NCBI RefSeq assembly: GCF_036365525.1 | Contig: NC_090381.1 | Coordinates: 51,985,401-52,049,400 of the forward strand | From: Heterodontus francisci | Lineage: Eukaryota | Direction of reading: 5' to 3' | DNA length: 64,000 nucleotides | Part shown: in pieces, positions 1-12,359 of the stretch | Position numbering within the stretch: position 1 is the stretch's first letter | Layout: every line of letters begins with the position of its first letter | Made by a program: the position numbers and the translations under genes | Notes under the pieces: model-generated | What the model was told of the DNA's origin: nothing | Databases searched by the model: none | Seen by the model: only the letters and a program-made list of their open reading frames with translations

Positions 1-785
1 CTGCCCCAGAAGGCTTAGGCTTTCATGCCAAGTCGTTGTTGACATTTGCCACCTCCTGGAACAAGATCTCCTTCCCACTGGACCAGCAGGGCATGCACTG
101 CCAGTGGCTGTCAAGGTGACAATCACTGGAGGCCCACCCCACCCGACTCCCTAAAGTTCCGGAGTCCTCTTTGCCTGCAAGGAGAGAAAGCAGAGAGCTG
201 TGAGTGTGAGAAATGGATTTTATGGAAAGGAGGAAAGAACAACATTTGAGGAGGGTATCTGTGAGGCATGGGTGCGAGATGGCATAAAGATGAGTGTGAG
301 TGTCAGTGTTGGCTGTTCAGTTGGAGATGTGAGAAGGTGCCTGGAAAGAGAAGAATGAGTGGTGATGTATGGTGTGATGGTCTTAGGAGTGCTCTGCTGG
401 AGAACGCTGGGAAAGTCAGAGTGTGGGGTTTTGCACCTGAAAGTGTTATACCATTCATCTTTCCTGCTCTCCTGAGGCCCTTGAACTATTGGGGTACTGT
501 CTCCAGGTTCAAGGGACCACACAGCTGCTGCTCACTTCCTCAGCCACTTCCATCCACACCTGCTTGGTTGGAGAGGCGGGCCTCTTCCTCCCGTCCTTGG
601 CAAACATCATCTCATTTCAGTCCCTCAGATCCCGGAGGAGAACCTCCAGGTAAGAGTGAGCCATCAGGGGGGCAGCCATCCCAGGTCTCCTCCATTTCTG
701 TGGTTGCTGAAGCCTCAGGGTCATTATATAGTTCAGCCCTTCTGACCCCTGCCGGAATCCCTTTCGCTAAAAATCCCTCTTTAAC
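1..785 (-). mobile_element. Decayed Harbinger/PIF transposon segment (Myb/SANT-like gene remnant)
   Basis: Minus strand ~650-455 reads LEVLLRDLRD*NEMMFAKDGRKRPASPTKQVWMEVAEEVSS, resembling the Myb/SANT protein at 7310-7549. 642-718 resembles 63853-63930. May continue after the CR1 to a TIR-like end (cagattctgccc) at 5715. Confidence 0.6.
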
Positions 786-2496
786 AGGTCGTCATGGTCC
801 ATGTTGGTACCAACGACATAGGCAGGATAAGGAAAGAGGTTCTGCATAGTCAGTATGAGGAATTAGGCACTAAATTATGAAACAGAACAGCAAAGGTAAT
901 AATCTCTGGATTATTACCTGAGCCACTTGCAAACTGACATATGGCAAATAAGATTAGAGAAATTAATGCGTGGCTCAAAGGCTGGTGTGGTCGAAATGGG
1001 TTCCGGTTCATGGGGTACTGGCACCAGTACTGGGGAAAGTGGTGACTGTACCGTTGGGAGGGACTACACCTGAACCATGCTGGGGCCAGTGTTCTAGCGA
1101 GCCATATAACTAGGGAAGGGGAGAGGGTTTTAAACTGAATAGTGGGGACAAGGGATCAAATTGGGAAGATATGGTAAATCAAGGAGTAGAGACAAGGTAA
1201 GAGAGGAAGGTATTAATATGGGAAATGATAAACAGACTATGACAGGAAGGGACAGAGTGTACAAATCTCAGAGTAAATCAATAGCTAAGGCTAGTGGTTA
1301 CAAAAATAATAAAAGGACAAAACTAAAGGCTCTGCATCTGAATGCCACAGCATTCAAAACAAACAGATGAACTGAGAATGCAAATAGAAATAAATATGTA
1401 CAGTCTGATAGCCATTGCAGAGACATGGTGGCAGGATGACAATGGATTGGGACCTGAATATTGAAGGGTACATGGCTTTTAGGAAGGATAGGAAGCTAGG
1501 AAAAGGTGGAGGGGTGGCTCTGTTAATTATTGATGGTATTAGCGCAATAGAGAGGGATGACCTAAGTTCAGGAGACCAGGATGTAGAAGCAGTTTGGGTA
1601 GAGATGAGAAATCATAAAGACAAGAAATCACTTGTGGGAGTGATGTACAGGGCACTGAACATTTATCACACTGTAGGGCGGGTTATAAAGGAAGAAATAA
1701 TGGCAGCCTGTCAGAAAGGTACAGCGATAATCATGGGGGATTTTAACCTACATACAGACCGGAAAAATTAGATGGGCAGAGGTAGCCTAGATGAGGAGTA
1801 CATAGAATGTTTTTAGGATAATTTCTTAGAACAGGACGTTCTGGAGACAACAAGAGAATAGGCTATACTAGACCTGGTATTGTACAACGAGATAGGATTA
1901 ATTAATGACCTTATAGTTAAGGCGCCCCTAGGTAGCAGCGATCATAATATGATTGAAGTTTACATTCAGTTTGAGGGAGAGAAGAGTGGGTCCAAGACCA
2001 ATATTTTAAACTTAAATAAGGGCAATTATGAGAGCATGAAAGCAGAGCTAGTTAAAGTAAACTGGCAAATTAGGTTTAGGGATAGGTCAGTAGAGATGCA
2101 GTGCTTGACATTTAAGGGGATATTTCAGAATACACAGCATTCCAATGAGAAAGAAAAATTCCAAAGGGGGACCCACCATCCGTGGTTAACTGAAGCAGTT
2201 AAGGATAATATTAAACTTAAAGAAAAGAATATAATTGCACAAAGATGGGTGGCAGGTCAGAAGATTGAACAGAATATAAAAAAACAGCAAAGATTGACTA
2301 AAAAATTGATAAGAAAGGTAAAATTAGAGTATGAGAGTAAGCTAGCTAGAAATATAAAGACAGATAATAAGAGTTGGTCCTATAGAAAGTGAGTCTGGGG
2401 AACTGATAATGGATAATAAGCAGATGCAGATGAATTGAAGAGGTATTTTGCATCGGTTTTCACTATCGAGGATATAAGTAACATCCCAGAATTAGC

Positions 2497-2722
2497 CACC
2501 AAAATAAAAGCAAAATGCTGCAGATGCTGGAAATCTGAAATAAAAACAAGAAATGCTGGAAATACTCAGCAGGTCTGGCCGCATCTGTGGAGAGAGAAGC
2601 AGAGTTAACGTTTCAGACACTGACCCTTCATCAGAACCATCACTGATCTGAAACGTTAACTCTGCTTCTCCCTCCACAGATGCTGGCAGACCTGCTGAGT
2701 ATTTCCAGCATTTCTTGTTTTT
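2497..2722. mobile_element. Penelope-derived fold-back (inverted-repeat) element with hammerhead motif
   Basis: Arms ~2540-2620 and ~2641-2724 are reverse complements and match the PLE 3' end at 48210-48306. TSD ATCCCAGAATTAGC (2483-2496) / ATCCGAGAATTAGC (2723-2736), 13/14 match. Confidence 0.85.
2601..2638 (-). ncRNA. Minimal type-I hammerhead ribozyme-like motif
   Basis: Minus strand GGTT-CTGATGA-A-GGGTCAGTGTCT-GAAAC-GTT-AACTCT: canonical CUGAUGA and GAAA boxes, degenerate stem II. Confidence 0.55.
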
Positions 2723-3567
2723 ATCCGAGAATTAGCTGCAGGTCAGGAAATGGAAGGGAGGGAGGAATTCAAGAAAATTGCAATCACCGGGAATGTGGTA
2801 CTGAACAAATTGTTGGAGCTGCAGGCTGACAAGTCCCCAGATCCTGTTGGACTTCATCCTAGGGTCTTAAAAGAAGTGGCTAGTAAGATCGTTGAGGCAT
2901 TAGTTTTAATTTTCCAAAATTCCCTAAATTCAGGAAAGGTTCGCTAGACTGGAAAACAGTGAATGTAACTCCTTTATTCAAAAAGGGAGGAAGACAGAAA
3001 GCAGGAAACTAAAGGCCAGTTAGCTTAACATCTGTCTTAGGGAAAATGTGAGAAGCTATTATTAAAGACGTTATAGCAGGGCACTTAGAAAAATTCAAGG
3101 TAATCAGGCAGAGTCAACATGGATTTGTTAAAGGGAAATCATGTTTAACCAATTTATTAGAGTTCTTTGAGGGAGTTACATGTGCTGTGGATGAAGGGGA
3201 ACCAGTGGATGTACTGTACTTAGATTTCCAGAAGGCATTTGATAAGGTGCCACATCAAAGGTTATTGCAGAAAATAAAAGCTTATGGTATAGGGGGTAAC
3301 ATATTGGCATGGATAGAAGATTGGCTAGCTAACAGGAAACAGAAAGTAGGCATAAATGGATCATTTTCTGGTGGCAGGATGTAACGAGTGGTGTGCCACA
3401 GAGATTAGTGCTGGGGCATCAACTTTTTACAATTTATATAAATGACTTAGATGAAGGTACCAAAGGTATAGTTGCTAAGTTTGCTGATGACACAAAGATA
3501 GGCAGGAATGTAGGTTGTGAAGAGGACATAAGGAGGCTACAAAGTGGTATGGATAGGTTAAGTGAGT

Positions 3568-5047
3568 GTCCTGGCTGGTGTCAAGCCTCTTGAGTGTTGT
3601 TGGAGCTGCACCCATCCAGGCAAGTGGAGAGTATTCCATCACACTCCTGACTTGTGCCTTGTAGATAGTGGACAGGCTTTGGGGAGTCAGGAGGTGAGTT
3701 ACTCGCCGCAGGATTCCTAGCCTCTGACCTGCTCTTGTAGCCATGGTATTTATATAGCTACTCCAGTTCAGTTTCTGGTCAATGGTAGCCCCTAGGATGT
3801 TGATAGTGGGGGATTCAGCGATGGTAATGCCATTGAATGTCAAGGGGAGATGGTTAGATTCTCTCTTGTTTGAGATGGTCATTGTCTGGCACTTATGTGG
3901 CGTGAATGTTACTTGCCACTTATCAGCCCAAGCCTGGATATTGTCCAGATCTTGCTGCATTTCTACACAGACTGCTTCAGTATCTGAGGAGTCACGAATG
4001 GTGCTGAACATTGTGCAATCATCAGCGAACATCTCCACTTCTGACCTTATGATTGAAGGAAGGTCATTGATGAAGCAGCTGAAGATGGTTGAGCCTAGGA
4101 CACTACCCTGAGGAACTCCTGCAGTGATGTCCTGGAGCTCAGATGATTGACCTCCAACAACCACAACCATCTTCCTATGTGCTAGGTATGACTCCAGCCA
4201 GCGGAGGGTTTTCCCCCCGATTCCCATTAACCTCAGTTTTGCTTGGGCTCCTTGATGCCATACTCGGTCAAATGTTGCCTTGATATCAAGGGCAGTCACT
4301 CTCACCTCACCTCTTGAGTTCAGCTCTTTTGTCCATGTTTGAACCAAGGCTGTAATGAGGTCAGGAGCTGAGTGGCCCTGGCGGAACCAAACTGAGTGTC
4401 ACTGAGCAGGTTATTGCTAAGCAAGTGCCGCTTGATGGCACTGTTGATAACACCTTCCATCACTTTACTGATGATTGAGAGTAGGTTGCTGGGGCGGTAA
4501 TTGGCCGGGTTGGACTTGTCCTGCTTTTTCTGTACAGGACATACCTGAGCAATTTTCCCCATTTCCGGGTAGATGCCAGTGTTGTAGTAGTACTGGAACA
4601 GCTTGGCTAGGGGCGCAGCAAGTTCTGGAGCACAGGTCTTCAGTACTATTGCCTTAATATTGTTAGGGCCCATAGCCTTTGAAGTATCCAGTGCCTTCAG
4701 TCGTTTCTTGATATCAAGTGGAGTGAATCGAATTGTTTGAAGTCTGGCATCTGTGATGCTGGGGACTTCAGGAGGAGGCTGAGATGGATCATCAACTCAG
4801 CACTTCTGGCTGAAGATTGTTGCAAATGCTTCAGCCTTATCTTTCGCACTTATGTGCTGGGTTCCCCCATCATTGCGGATGGAGATATTTGTGAGCCACC
4901 TCCTCCAGTTAGTTGTTTAATTGTCCACCACCATTCACAGCTGGATGTGGCAGGACTGCAGAGCTTAAATCTGATCCATTGGTTATGGGATCGCTTAGCT
5001 CTGTCTATCGCATGCTGCTTACGCAGTTTGGCACGCAGATAGTCCTG
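3568..5047 (-). mobile_element. Internal RT fragment of a second CR1/L2-group LINE family (family B)
   Basis: ORFs 4320..4673 and 3475..4347: KSNPANYRP, ALDIKATFDRVWHQG, GVPQGSVLG, MFADD, YKAQVRSVMEY. Both ends truncated. Confidence 0.88.
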
Positions 5048-5944
5048 TGTTTACTGGACTGATACCTGGAATGGGCTGGCTAGCTTATGAGGAAAGATTG
5101 GACAGGCTAGGCTCGTATCTTCTGGAATTTAGAAGAGTAAGAGGTGACTTAATTGAAACATATAAGATCCTGAGGGTTCTTGACAGGTTGGATGTGGAAA
5201 AATGTTTCCCCTTGTGGGAGAATCTAGAACCAGGAGTCACTGTTTAAAAATAAGGGGTTGCCCATTTAAGACAGAGATGAGGAGAAATTTTCTCTGTCAG
5301 AGGGTTGTGAATCTTTGGAACTCTCTTCCTCAAAAGGCGGTGGAAGCAGAGTCTTTGAATATTTTTAAGGCAGAGGTAGATAGATTCTTGATAAGTAAGT
5401 GGGTGAAAGGTTATGGTGGGTAGGTGGTAATGTGGAGAAATCAATTCAGCCATGAGCTTATTGAATGGCGGCATAGGCTCGAGGGGCCGAGTGCCTACTC
5501 CTGCTCCTAATTCATATGTCCATATGTTCGTATGTAGGTTTGGAGTGTCATCATGCATGCCCTCTCTGATTGGCTGAAAAATCTGGAGGTGGGATGCTCA
5601 AGGCACAGCTCAGATAAACAGCCACAGCAAAGCCTGCTTCAATTATAAAGGGGTTCCTGACCCACTACTCACACCCTCTCGCTACGTGCTGGTCAATTTT
5701 GTTCAGATTCTGCCCTGATTAATGCTGCAGAAATCTAACTCGAAGTTACATCATTTCCTTTGGTAAATAAAACATTCAGAATACATACACAGCTTACTGA
5801 AACACCCAAAAATACTCAAAATTAGATAAAATCATAATACATTTAAACTTGGCAGTGTCTTGTGCTACTTCAATCTACGTGATTATAAAGATTTGATATA
5901 ATTCCAGATAACTTCACATTTCTCTACCGTTCCAAATAGCTGTA

Positions 5945-6278
5945 CACAGTGCAGCACAGTGGTTAGCACCGCAGCCTCACAGCTCCAGTGACCCAGGTTC
6001 AATTCTGGGTACTGCCTGTGTGGAGTTTGCAAGTTCTCCCTGTGTCTGTGTGGGTTTCCTCCGGGTGCTCTGGTTTCCTCCCACAGCCAAAAGACTTGCA
6101 GGTTGATAGGTAAATTGGCCATTATAAATTGCCATTAGTGTAAGTAGTAGGGGAATATAGGGACAGGTGAGGATGTGGTAGGAATATGGGATTGGTGTAG
6201 GATTAGTATAAATGGGTGGTTAATGGTCGGCACAGACTCGGTGGGCCGAAGGGCCTGTTTCAGTGCTGTATCTCTAAA
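5945..6278 (+). mobile_element. tRNA-derived V-SINE (HE1-like)
   Basis: tRNA-like head, V-domain (tgtgtggagtttgcaagttctccctgtgtctg..gggtttcctccgggtgctc), CR1-like tail gggccgaagggcctgtttcagtgctgtatctct. Near-identical to 29637-29989. Confidence 0.85.
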
Positions 6279-7309
6279 TTTAAAAGTACATTTATAAATG
6301 TTAAATCACTGTGGAGAAGCACGTCAGAAAACCACAAATTATACTTTGCCCAATTTCATGCAAGCATGACAGGAAACATCAAGCTTTATCCATTAGCGTG
6401 TACATTACTAATTTGGTATTTTCTGTGTCTCCATTTCACAGAAAGCTAAATGCAAGAATGTTACGTAACTTAAGTGTTCATGATTAGTAGTTAAAGATAC
6501 TAATAGGTGAAGTTACCAGTCAGGTCATTTTTATCCAAGTAACAAGCATTTTTTGCAAAATAAAATCCATAATTTAAATGAAGTCGTAGGATTTTTTTCC
6601 ATTTTGTCAGATGAAAGTGATTTACAATCATTCTGTGAAAGCACATGAACATATTTATAAACTAGCAGATATCCTGTGGCGATGCTCAGTGTATCATCAA
6701 TGAGTTGCTTTCTAACACTCAGGCTGGTCTGCCAAATAACAAACACTGGGTTACTGGGGCATTAATTTATGGCGACCAAATAAGTCAAATTCTATCAGTA
6801 CTTTGGAATTTTAAATCAATGTTTTTGAAATTGAATTCTGCAACTGTTAAATTTTCTATGAAAACTGGAAATCAGGTACTTTCATTGATCTTGTATTCAT
6901 ATATAAATAACCTTAATTTACAGCAATTTTATGTTTATTCAGTATAATCCCCCACCGATATGTTGAATTTTTACACCCTTACCATTTATTAAAGCTGAGG
7001 ATACACAGCAAGATGGTAAGCAAGATATACCAGTTTAGATAAAATCACTTCTTTGAAATGCTTCCTTGAACGCCTTGGGTAAGGCCTGTTTTCAATAAAT
7101 TTCGTGCTACCTCCTCATCTGAATGATTTCAGTTTGCAATGCAGTTTAGAACACGCTGCTGACTGGCTGCATGCTCAACATGGGGCCCAGCAGCCTGAGT
7201 GGCTAATCCAGCTCACAGCCAACCTGCCCCTCTTTTAGGGGAGCTGCACTCATGCAACAGAGCTGCTGTAACTGTCTTTAGAATGCTTAGCTGAAGGAAA
7301 AGCCAGTAA

Positions 7310-7935
7310 ATGGAAAAATAGGAAGGCAAGAGGGATCCCAGGTTCTCTGATGCAATGCTGGAGGCATTAGTGATAGAGGGGGTAAGTAGGAAAGATGCCA
7401 TGCTCCCACAGGAGACCAGGAGGCCCTCAAAGCAAACCCTGAGAAGAGAATGAGAGCAAGTGGTCAGGGAGGTCAATTTCCAGAGTCTGGCCCCAAGGAC
7501 CTGGCTCCAGTGCCGGAACAAGTTCAATGACCTCACATGGTGAGTCAAGGTCAGTGAACGCATCTTCAAATGGTGTCTCCTATCCACTGCATCACCAACC
7601 TCTCACGCTGCTCAATGCACCACATGGCCATCACTCACCTCTCTAGCAATTAGGACTCATGCCGAACATTCAGATGCTCCACCTCATCCTCACACATGTT
7701 CCAATAATGCAAGCCACACACCCACCTCTCGCTGCCTGCACATACCTCCAGCTGTTCAGCTATGGCAGGCACATCACCAAACACATTTAAACACACTTAG
7801 TGACATTCTTCCCCCTCTCTAGCAGGACAAGGTGGCCCATAACTGCAGGGAACAGCAGAGAATCATTGGGGAACAGGCATGCCTGCATCTTCTGAACCCT
7901 CTGAAAAAGAGGGTGCTCTGCATCATGAGGGCAGC
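7310..7935 (+). pseudogene. Harbinger Myb/SANT-like DNA-binding protein pseudogene (exon 1 7310-7549, exon 2 from 7826)
   Basis: MEK*EGKRDPRFSDAMLEALV..RRE*EQVVREVN..PRTWLQCRNKFNDLTW*VK, then donor gtcagt (7550), acceptor ctctctagcag (7825), then DKVAHNCREQQR. In-frame stops. Confidence 0.75.
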
Positions 7936-7982
7936 TGGAATAAAGTTGTTGCATCAGGCATCATCCAGAACATTCAGGGCGA

Positions 7983-8065
7983 TAGGAACATAGGAGCAGG
8001 AGTAGGCCATTCAGCCCAACAAGCATGCTCCGCCATTCAATACCATCATGTCCGATCATCCACTG
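7983..8065 (-). mobile_element. Short CR1 3'-tail insertion
   Basis: taggaacataggagcaggagtaggccattcagccc matches the CR1 tails at 33063 and 34016. Confidence 0.6.
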
Positions 8066-9109
8066 ATATGTTCCTCCCTGCTGCACCTTCTCAAATCCCA
8101 CCCCATCTTTATCCTGCTATCTGGCATGAAGTACAAGCTGCAGATGGTGTGACCATAGACCTCTTGCTTTCCACTCAATTCCCCTTCCCTCGCCCCCAAA
8201 CCTCCCCCTCTTCATTTATGTATTCATATACATAAGAACTGCCGCCTGGCTAGCCACGGCAGCCTCACGAGGATAAGAGCTACACTAGACAACTGATGAA
8301 GAACCAGCATCACGCGATCTTACAATCGCAGTCACCAGCTCAAGTCACTCAACTTCTAGAACTTTTGAGACTTCCATAGAGTTAGGATCAACATGTGGTG
8401 AGACAGCCAGCATGAGTGGGCTGCAGCCAGGGCAAGGGAAAAGGATAATTCATGTGCCAGCTCCCTGGAGGTTGATTTTGCAGATGAGTTCTGCTGCAGA
8501 GGAACTCAGATGAGGATGCTGATGGAGTGGCGTACATGAGAACACTGATGGGGATGCACACTGAGATGTTTGGTACATTGGCAGGTCTGCCACAGAGCCT
8601 CATCAATGCCAATGTGCATGAAGGAGTTGGCTTTAACTTGGCACAGGGCTTTGCATGGTGCATAGGGCCTATCCTTTCCAATATGGAAGTTGTGGTCAAC
8701 TCCATGACAACACCTGCAGACCCACCTGTGAAGCAGTGATTCCACTGCAGCACAGACAGAAGCTAACCAATGACTCAGTGCCACAATGCAAGCTCAGACT
8801 GAAGTCATGACAGCCATGCTGTCAACATGCAAGCCCAGCTTGGTGCCATGGCTGGCTCAGACTGCCGCCATCATAGCTGTGGATACCAGTGCTCAAAGGG
8901 GTTTGCAGGGTCGCACAGCAGTCCAGCAATCTATCCTCTGTATGGACAGAATCCAATCTGTATGGCTTAGTTTTGTGTTGGTAACTTTTATTTCAGTATT
9001 TTGTCCATGCTGACACTATGATGGCATGTAGCAGATGGATTGAAAGATTAGGAATTGTGGAACGACTGTGATTTGGGGATGACATCTAAGGCGAATCAGA
9101 GTCTGAGTA

Positions 9110-10170
9110 TCATGGACTGCTCATTTGAAGTGAAGGGGTCTGGCACATCTCCTCCCTTCCTCCTCCTCCTCTTCTTCCTCCACATGAGGTGGCCTGGTGG
9201 GGAGAGTACACCCTTATGAAAGTAAGGTTATGGAGCACACAGCAGACTACCACGAACTTGGAGACACGCGCCAAGGAGTACTGGAGGGCTCTCCCCATGC
9301 CACCCAGGCAGCAGAACCACTGCTCCAGCACACAAATTGTTTGCTCCAAGACTTTCCTGATGGCTGCATGGCTTTCATTGTAGGTACGTTGTCTATGTGT
9401 GTTCATGTGGAGGGCAGCCATGAGCCAGGAGTAAAACAGATATCCCTTGTCATCCATGAGCCAGCTTCTTGTTCTTTGTGGTGGGCCAAAGATGGCGGTT
9501 TCAGATGACTGGGACAGGATGAATGCATCATGGCTACTGCCAGCATAGCAGGCATTCATTGAGAGGATCATCTGGGCACGGTCGCAAACCAACCGGATAT
9601 TAATAGAGTAGTAGCTCTTGTTGTTACAGAACATCTCCCCATCAACTTGTGGGGTTCGCAGAGCCATGTGCGTGCAGTCGATTGCACCCTGCACCTTTGG
9701 GAATCCCGTCAGCCTGGCAAATCCCCCTGCTCTCTCCTCCTGCTCTCCCCCTGCTCCTCTCAGCTCAGTGAATGATGATGAATTCTCCTCTGCTTCTGCA
9801 CAGGGTCTATGTTATCTCACTGATGCAGCGATGGATAACGAAGTGCAAGATGTTGCTAATGTCACCTGCTCCTACCTGAAAGCAGCCACTAGCATGAAAA
9901 TTGAGGGCAACAGTGGCCTTGACAGCCACTGGCAGCACCATCCTCACCCTGCTGTGAGACTGTAGGTCAGGGGTTAGAGATGGCACAGTTCAGTCACCAC
10001 ATCCTTATGGAAATGCAGACGCCTCAGACACTGCTCCTGGCTGAGGTGGAGGTTGGAGCAATGCTGCCTAAAGACCCTTGGTGGGTAGGGCCTTCTATTG
10101 AGAGTCCTCTTGCTCCTACCTCTGCACATAGCTTTTCCTCTTTGCTGCCTGTGCTCCATTTCCAAAACAT
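9110..10170 (-). pseudogene. Harbinger (HARBI1-like DDE) transposase pseudogene
   Basis: RRPYPPRVFR..LSQEQCLRRLHF; GAIDCTHMAL; YSINIRLVCD; YAGSSHDAFIL; WLMDDKGY; YNESH..VLEQTICVLEQWF; VVVCCVLHN. Frameshifted. Confidence 0.88.
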
Positions 10171-11139
10171 GCTGCTGCCCAAGAGGGACTCCAACTATTA
10201 GTCCCCATTAATGAAACATACTTTCTCCTAACAGGCCAGCCTACTCCTCAGACCTCCTTGTCAGGAACCAGCACCACTCCCTTGAAAATCCACAAAGTTA
10301 GCAAAACTCCTCCAATGACACAACACAGTACTTCCATTAATCTGCATCAGCAAAGATAAGTCAAAAGTGCCTCAACTGGACGGTGGATGGTTATCCCTTT
10401 AAATAACACTAGTGGGAGGTGGGGGTAAGAGTGGATCCCCTCGTGCAACTGAACACATATTCAGCTGCGAGTGATTAAGAAAGGGTGTTAACTGGACCTG
10501 CGCAATTGAAAATGGCAGTTTCTGTGTCAAATCAGCATTAGAGGTTGTTTGGTGTCACAATCAGCCAACTCTGCATGCTTCTGGCACAAGAACGGCCCAC
10601 CTGCACTAACCCCCTGTTAGAGCACAGTACACAGCAAGTGGCTGGAAGCATTCCAGCATTCCATTTAAATGGTATAATCATTTGAGAGGAAGACAGGTAC
10701 TGGTTATGAAGCATTAGTAAAATTATAAATCTACATGCCACCCATCAGCTCTTCACAGTGGATCAGAGTTTTAGCGACACAGTCAGTGTGGCAGCAATTA
10801 CTGACAAAATTCAACACAAGCAAGACTCATCTCTTTCCTTCCCCTCTCCCAAAAAATGTTTGCTTCTATCCCAAGTCCAGCTGCTGATCTGCTGATCAAT
10901 GTCTACTCTCTACACTGCAGTTAGCACAAGGGCAGAGTTCTCCAGAGAACAATAGTCCATGTCTACACTATTCAGAGGCTACAATCAATGCCCCAGCACA
11001 AGGAATATAGAGAGAAGAATACGGACCAGGACTGAGTTAGGAAGAGAATGAATGGCAATTGAAGTATATAAATAGAAAAGAAAAGTGAATGATAATGGAA
11101 AGGGGAAAATAGAAAGGTAACAATGAAAGCAATTTAATC

Positions 11140-11400
11140 AATGACCTTTCCTCCAACAAAGATCAGAGTTAGAGCTGTTTGATGATAATTCCAGTGTTTA
11201 GCTGCAAGCAAAGTTCCATTGACAGTGAAGAAACCCATGCCAGACTACAGCAGGACCTAACGAACATGAAGGCGTGGGCTGGAAATAGCAGGTAACATGC
11301 ACGTTACATAAGCATCAAGCAATGATCACCTCCACAAGTAAAAGCCCAATCACCTCTCCATAACCTTCAACAGCAGGACAATTGCCAAATCGCCATCAAT
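11140..11400 (+). mobile_element. Old family-B LINE fragment
   Basis: Decayed LFDDN..RLQQDL..AWA..QVT segment, similar to the reverse complement of 3800-4050. Confidence 0.5.
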
Positions 11401-11975
11401 TGAACCTACTTCCACCACACTCTCAGGCGGCGCATTCCACACCGGAACCACTCACTGCGTGAAAAAGTTTTACCTCATGTCGCTTTTGCTTCTCTTACCC
11501 ATTACTTTAAATCTGTGCCCTCTCGTTCTCGATCCTTTCACAATTGGGAACAGTTTCTCCCTTTCTACTCTGTCCAGACCCTTCATGATTTTGAATACCT
11601 TTATCAAATTACCTCTCAGCCATCTCTTCTCCAAGGAAAACAGTTCCAACTTCTCCAATCTATCTTCATAACTGAACTTCTTCATCCCTGGAACCATTCT
11701 CGTGAATCTTTTTTGCACTCTCTCCAATGCCCTCACATCTTTCCTAAAGTGTGGTGTCCAGAACCGGACGCAATACTCCAGCTGAGGCTGAACTAGTGTC
11801 TTATATAAGTTCAACATAATTTCCTTGCTCTTGTACACTATGTCCCTATTAATAAAGCCCAGGATACTGTATGCTGATTAACTGCTCTCTCAACCTGTCC
11901 TGCCACCTTCAATGATTTATGCATATATACCCCAGGTCCCTCTGCTCTTGCACCCCCTTTAGAATTGTACCCTAA
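11401..11975 (-). mobile_element. CR1 LINE 3' fragment
   Basis: ORF 11470..11838 LYKTLVQPQLEYCVRFW..LERVQKRFTRMVPG; same family as 21670-22250. Confidence 0.88.
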
Positions 11976-12359
11976 TTGCACATACTACATGTTTAAAAAA
12001 AGAGCAGGAACTTTCCCCCCACTAAACCATAAGAAACAATTATAACTAAATGATGAAAATGCAAAATAAATTGCATTTAGCATGAAACATACAAGTTAAA
12101 CAGAAAAAAAACTAAAAGCTAGTCTCAAAACTAGAAGTGAGTCATGCGAGGAGTTGAAAATATTGGTCAGGAAAGTCCCATGGAGTGACTTTGCTTGTGC
12201 TTGAACCCTAGAGCATATTGAACAATATGTTTGCATAGATTTTGTCAATTCCCCTCACAACATTTAAAAATTAACTTAGATCATCTCAAATTATCATTTC
12301 TAAACAAAATAAACCCAACTTCTCTCACCTTTCATTAAGGGGTCAGAACTGCACACAGT

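Larger units (their letters stand above)
786..5535 (+). mobile_element. CR1 LINE, 5'-truncated and decayed (ORF1 esterase end, ORF2 APE endonuclease + RT, 3' tail), with two inserts
   Basis: ORF1 end INAWLKGWCGRNGFRF..GLHLNHAG (~960-1100). EN motifs RKDRKLGKGGGVAL, IMGDFN, LGSSDHNMI. RT motifs VLYLDFQKAFDKVPH, KFADDTK. C-terminus RRVRGDLIETYK..VVNLWNSLP. Tail ctgctcctaattcatatgtccatatgttcgtatgt. Many stops and frameshifts. Confidence 0.92.
7150..10640. mobile_element. Decayed autonomous-type Harbinger/PIF transposon (convergent Myb gene and transposase)
   Basis: Myb/SANT gene on + and DDE transposase on -, the usual two-gene Harbinger layout. Ends not resolved. Confidence 0.8.

Noticed and set aside
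3568-3573. GTCCTG at both ends of the family-B insert (3568, 5042) as a TSD
   Set aside because: The left copy is LINE-internal (compare ttgtcctggatgg near 15675), and host CR1 sequence is deleted rather than duplicated.
9110-9694. Domesticated host HARBI1 gene
   Set aside because: Frameshifted, paired with a stop-containing Myb gene, and similar decayed copies exist in the window.
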